From Lytechinus pictus (lineage: Eukaryota): a DNA stretch of 64,000 nucleotides. A program made the position numbers and the translations under genes. The DNA lies in assembly GCF_037042905.1 (NCBI RefSeq), contig NC_087247.1:60760001-60824000 (forward strand), written 5' to 3'. How positions within the stretch are numbered: the first letter of the stretch is position 1; each line of letters starts with the position of its first letter. Positions 62,001-64,000 of this stretch are shown here, piece after piece. A model generated the notes under the pieces. It had not been told where the DNA came from, did not search any database, and saw only the letters and a program-made list of their open reading frames with translations.

Positions 62001-63907
62001 TGTATGTCTAAATATTCCTTTTTCTCTCTTCACTTAATGAAAATTTGATTAAAGAAAGTCATTACTGCTGGATGGAGTGAAAATACCTTCCTTTTTATTT
62101 AGCAATGTTGACAAGAACCAGACTTTAAGAAGAAATCAACCAAGTTCAATGTATAGTATATGAATCAAAAGCATAATTTGGAAATGATTGGGCTTCCACT
62201 AAGAGAAAATCAATTATAGAAATTTCTGAAGTAATTAAATGTGATATGGTTTAAAAGTATGGAATTTGTTAAATGGCCAATAAGATTGAAGTGCAATATA
62301 AAGGTAGAGAAAGAAAATGCAAAAGAAACACAAAGTAACTGGAGTCTTGCAATCATGATATCAGATGAACTTACCATCATAGATTCTGACATAGTCAAAG
62401 ACACAGTCTACTCCACCATCTTCCAAGAGGAATGATGTAAAATTGAGAAAGATGGTTCCTCCATCAGATGCTGTAATGAGCCACACACAGTTCTGGTTGT
62501 CAAGGTAATTATTAGGGTAACCAAGAGAGGTGAAGTTCTGCTCAGTACTAGTAGCTGTCAAACTTCCTCCACAACCTGTAGTATAAAAATTGGATAAAGC
62601 GTTCACAAGATGACAATACAATCATTTGAGAATACAATCATATAAGAATATAATCAGTGTGAGAATATATGATGAGTATGATCAGATTTTGAGAATAAAA
62701 TCAAGGGGGAATGATTTGATAAATGGGACATCGAAAGGGTAGAGAGGAAAAATAATTGTAAGATAAGAAGCAAAAACAAATAAAAAGAATAATTTTTAGA
62801 GGATACATATCATTTAGTATTAAACTTAAACCTTAATTTTACAAATTCAGAAAACCACTTGACGTCAATATGAACTAGTCATTCCATATGATCTTGTGTA
62901 ATTCAATAAACTACACTTTTCATCATCAGAACTAAATTGATTGTTAGGTTCAAGCTCCAACTAAATTATATTTCTCCAAACAATTAGACTGATGTAATAG
63001 GAAACATTTGATCTATTCTTTGAGAATGAAATACTATCAATGTGTTTTTTTTTTTGAGTTATTTTATATGGAGGAGGCGCGATGTAGAGCGGGGGTTTCG
63101 TATTCCGGTGGCCTGGGATCGAATCCCAATTGGTGCGCTAGTGTCCTTTGGTAAGCCAAGGCATTTAAATCCTCATTTCCAGGTCTCCCGGAGAGGACCT
63201 TAAGGCGTCGGTCCTCTGGTTGCTTGCTTACAAGCATTCATGCTTTCTTAGCAATCAGGTAAAAAATCACTTCCATTTACCATATCTTTGAGTTCCAAAA
63301 CCGTACTATGAAAAAAATAAAACCAGTGAAAACAGAAGTTTTGTGATAACATACTACCAGGTTCTGCAGTCCCAGGTGCAATGGTGTTACTACCAGATAC
63401 AGCAAGCCAATTAAGCTGGAAACCAGCGCCTGCAATAGAGAAGTCACTGGAGAATTGCACAGAGCCTGTATTCCCTGTAGTCTGGACTGCGCTGGGGATT
63501 TCAGTACCACATGCTGTTTGCAACACTGGTGAATACTCGTACAAACCGTCTCTAATCTGAAAAATAACATCAATACCTCTCTTTTATACTTTGAATGATG
63601 AATATTCACTTGTTATACTTCTGGATTTTTTTAAGACACAACATTCTTTATTCCTCCATATTCACAATTCTTAATATGCTGAAACTAAAAAGAGAGAAAA
63701 TCAATGAAGTTTAACATAAACTCACCTTGACATAGTCATATGAACAGGCAGGGTCATTTTCAATATCCATAACAGTATAAGAGAATAGGATGAGTTCCCC
63801 TGCTGGTACAGTAACTGTCCACATTGTACTGGCATAGTGAGGGTAGCTGGATGGATACAGAGGAGATTCTATAGTCCCACTCATTCCACTCAAATCACCA
63901 CCAAATT
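31898..63907 (-). CDS. CUBN: Cubilin (3' part; 30 coding exons, 15 CUB domains equivalent to CUB13-CUB27; 5' part lies beyond the window end)
   Basis: All exons are bounded by AG and GT (one GC) with compatible phases. Each exon pair sums to a multiple of 3, and the joined CDS is 5324 nt. Repeated CGG..SPxYP..C.W..F.IE..C.YD...DG...YCG...F.SD...GF motifs. The first domain lacks its first Cys pair and is followed by a TIAPG linker, the penultimate domain starts DCNRNY, and the protein ends YDS* with no TM segment. These all match vertebrate cubilin as I recall it. Confidence 0.93.
34500..35028. mobile_element. piggyBac-like MITE, one end truncated
   Basis: Ends ...aataggg|TTAA; similar to the 52019-52716 element. 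Confidence 0.55.
37149..37390 (-). CDS. CUBN: cubilin exon, CUB27 N-part (CGGKLSGRHG...RYCGT)
   Basis: cag / gtgagt. Confidence 0.92.
38146..39080. mobile_element. Kolobok-like MITE
   Basis: TTAA|ggacgttccacagtta ... taactgtggaacgtcc|TTAA (perfect 16-bp TIR). Confidence 0.85.
39608..39776 (-). CDS. CUBN: cubilin exon, CUB26 C-half (VYNGSDANAP...SSTVQ)
   Basis: tag acceptor; non-canonical donor AG|gcaagt. Confidence 0.88.
40448..41864 (+). mobile_element. Solo LTR (Gypsy-like), 1417 bp
   Basis: TATT|TGtgaggcccctcc ... ggaggggtaaCA|TATT; TG..CA ends, short terminal inverted repeat, 4-bp TSD, AATAAA near 41739. Confidence 0.72.
42110..42291 (-). CDS. CUBN: cubilin exon, CUB26 N-half (CNRNYNQTHG...YDSVT)
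   Basis: tag / gtaagt. Confidence 0.92.
42808..42955 (-). CDS. CUBN: cubilin exon, CUB25 C-half (GLEGRVLRYCG...YSIA)
   Basis: cag / gtatat. Confidence 0.9.
43562..43773 (-). CDS. CUBN: cubilin exon, CUB25 N-half (PCGGVFYATT...FRDQPV)
   Basis: cag / gtaagt. Confidence 0.9.
44302..44464 (-). CDS. CUBN: cubilin exon, CUB24 C-half (IHDGVGSESP...SSVP)
   Basis: tag / gtaagt. Confidence 0.92.
44823..45028 (-). CDS. CUBN: cubilin exon, CUB24 N-half (PSQGCGGSMTT...NDYIE)
   Basis: cag / gtatgt. Confidence 0.92.
45677..45886. repeat. Intronic inverted repeat (about 65-bp arms, about 77-bp spacer)
   Basis: aaatcttgcaccatcgcactcatgcctattcac...ttttcataa versus its reverse complement at 45819-45886. 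Confidence 0.85.
45932..46152 (-). CDS. CUBN: cubilin exon, CUB23 C-part (FNTFDLEYHSSC...LATY)
   Basis: tag / gtaagt. Confidence 0.92.
46435..46561 (-). CDS. CUBN: cubilin exon, CUB23 N-part (CGGEFTADSG...NVEF)
   Basis: cag / gtaagt, phase 1-2. Confidence 0.9.
46590..46936 (+). mobile_element. 3' fragment of a non-LTR retrotransposon (RTE-like ORF2 C-terminus)
   Basis: ORF 46610..46924 NIHW...RRLRLTGHCFR...LLLW...GKRGRGRP..TY...W; short taagcaa tail; GC-rich relative to the intron. Confidence 0.85.
47352..47537 (-). CDS. CUBN: cubilin exon, CUB22 C-half (HGTCAYDGL...NFEQ)
   Basis: tag / gtagac. Confidence 0.9.
48099..48257 (-). CDS. CUBN: cubilin exon, CUB22 N-half (CGVEFTDVGEG...QFDIE)
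   Basis: cag / gtaagt. Confidence 0.9.
48673..48829 (-). CDS. CUBN: cubilin exon, CUB21 C-half (FFDGFDDQAP...ATWTS)
   Basis: cag / gtatgc. Confidence 0.88.
49208..49377 (-). CDS. CUBN: cubilin exon, CUB21 N-half (CGGNFHGSTG...GDTIE)
   Basis: cag / gtgag. Confidence 0.88.
49787..50228. mobile_element. Degenerate Kolobok-like MITE
   Basis: aaaggcaaactcaacc ... gggtggatttggcct|TTAA. Confidence 0.4.
50496..50730 (-). CDS. CUBN: cubilin exon, CUB20 C-part (YTFTSFDIETH...TTVTN)
   Basis: tag / gtcagt. Confidence 0.9.
51042..51163 (-). CDS. CUBN: cubilin exon, CUB20 N-part (CGGIVSGTSG...GETIT)
   Basis: cag / gtaagt. Confidence 0.9.
51770..51919 (-). CDS. CUBN: cubilin exon, CUB19 C-half (PDGSGVELERFCG...YQAS)
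   Basis: tag / gttggt (phase 1 required by next exon). Confidence 0.87.
52019..52716. mobile_element. piggyBac-like MITE
   Basis: TTAA|ccctaaaaggactg ... cagtcctattaggg|TTAA. Confidence 0.8.
52985..53197 (-). CDS. CUBN: cubilin exon, CUB19 N-half (CGGQITVGPGG...LQLFE)
   Basis: cag / gtatta. Confidence 0.9.
53779..53947 (-). CDS. CUBN: cubilin exon, CUB18 C-half (VYNGLADNSP...SNDAS)
   Basis: cag / gtaag; the acceptor and exon start are tandemly amplified upstream. Confidence 0.9.
53896..54648 (-). repeat. 68-bp minisatellite spanning the intron/exon junction (11 copies including the real exon start)
   Basis: Acceptor-equivalent triplets at 53948, 54016, 54084, 54152, 54220, 54288, 54356, 54424, 54497, 54565 and 54633. 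Confidence 0.95.
54917..55098 (-). CDS. CUBN: cubilin exon, CUB18 N-half (CGGDLVSATG...YDSVK)
   Basis: cag / gtaggt. Confidence 0.92.
56570..56713 (-). CDS. CUBN: cubilin exon, CUB17 C-half (PVLATYCGS...TAGQE)
   Basis: cag / gtttgt. Confidence 0.9.
57065..57277 (-). CDS. CUBN: cubilin exon, CUB17 N-half (VCGGSYSGTSG...IHDGRNGS)
   Basis: cag / gtatcc. Confidence 0.9.
57731..57909 (-). CDS. CUBN: cubilin exon, CUB16 C-half (CQFDYVEIRDGG...MTYST)
   Basis: tag / gtgac, phase 2-1; not in ORF track, read by hand. Confidence 0.9.
58340..58514 (-). CDS. CUBN: cubilin exon, CUB16 N-half (CGGHRTLTS...IESHS)
   Basis: cag / gtatca, phase 1-2. Confidence 0.9.
59143..59314 (-). CDS. CUBN: cubilin exon, CUB15 C-half (LYNGGSETSP...VTVTA)
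   Basis: tag / gtaag. Confidence 0.92.
59666..60377. mobile_element. TA-flanked non-autonomous DNA element (pogo/Tc1-like ends)
   Basis: TA|ctgtaa...ttttcgcg ... cgcgaaaa...tttacag|TA. Confidence 0.6.
60732..60913 (-). CDS. CUBN: cubilin exon, CUB15 N-half (CGGDFTSMSG...KDQLY)
   Basis: tag / gtgag. Confidence 0.92.
61275..61518 (-). mobile_element. tRNA-derived SINE
   Basis: Minus strand B box ggttcaaacc at the head, GC-rich body, (ggat)n tail. Confidence 0.7.
61825..61968 (-). CDS. CUBN: cubilin exon, CUB14 C-half (ATNSDTQLGQFCG...AVYKS)
   Basis: tag / gtaaa. Confidence 0.92.
62375..62575 (-). CDS. CUBN: cubilin exon, CUB14 N-half (CGGSLTATS...YVRIYD)
   Basis: cag / gtaag, phase 1-1. 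Confidence 0.92.
63070..63280 (+). mobile_element. tRNA-derived SINE (degenerate)
   Basis: ggatcgaatccc B box followed by a gtgtcctt-gg-caaggcattt-atcctcatt core. Confidence 0.6.
63358..63556 (-). CDS. CUBN: cubilin exon, CUB13 C-half plus linker (IRDGLYEYSP...TIAPGTAEP)
   Basis: cag acceptor; donor gtagta. An in-phase alternative donor gtatgt would end the exon at 63355. Confidence 0.9.
63726..63907 (-). CDS. CUBN: cubilin exon, CUB13 N-half (EFGGDLSGMSG...YDYVK)
   Basis: cag acceptor 63908-63910, gtgag donor; ORF 63711..63893. Confidence 0.92.
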
Positions 63908-64000
63908 CTGAGGAGGGAAATATATCATCTCACAAATTAAGTTATTTTTTTCTTAGTCTAAAGGATATTCAAGAATCAATTTTGTGGAACATTTGATTAT

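Overview
AT-rich animal genomic DNA. The repeat families look echinoid (sea-urchin-like), which is an inference. The right half (31.9-63.9 kb, minus strand) carries the 3' part of a cubilin orthologue. I traced 30 coding exons with phase-compatible splice sites, about 5.3 kb of CDS and about 1,770 aa. They encode 15 tandem CUB domains, two exons each, matching CUB13-CUB27 and ending FRATYDS*. The gene has one GC-AG intron and a probable 3'UTR intron. One intron contains a 68-bp minisatellite built from that intron's own 3' splice site plus the first 49 nt of the next exon, which places a row of decoy acceptors in front of a coding exon. The left half contains three plus-strand exons, all too short for the ORF track, that splice into a small Cys-rich, dibasic-cleaved peptide-precursor-like protein whose first exon I could not find. 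The rest is transposon landscape: a 4.1-kb foldback/Academ-like element with modular YY1-motif arms, Tc1/mariner-, Kolobok-, piggyBac- and Harbinger-like MITEs, a Helentron-type element, a solo LTR, a LINE 3' fragment, SINEs, microsatellites and N gaps. There is no CRISPR array, rRNA or intact tRNA.
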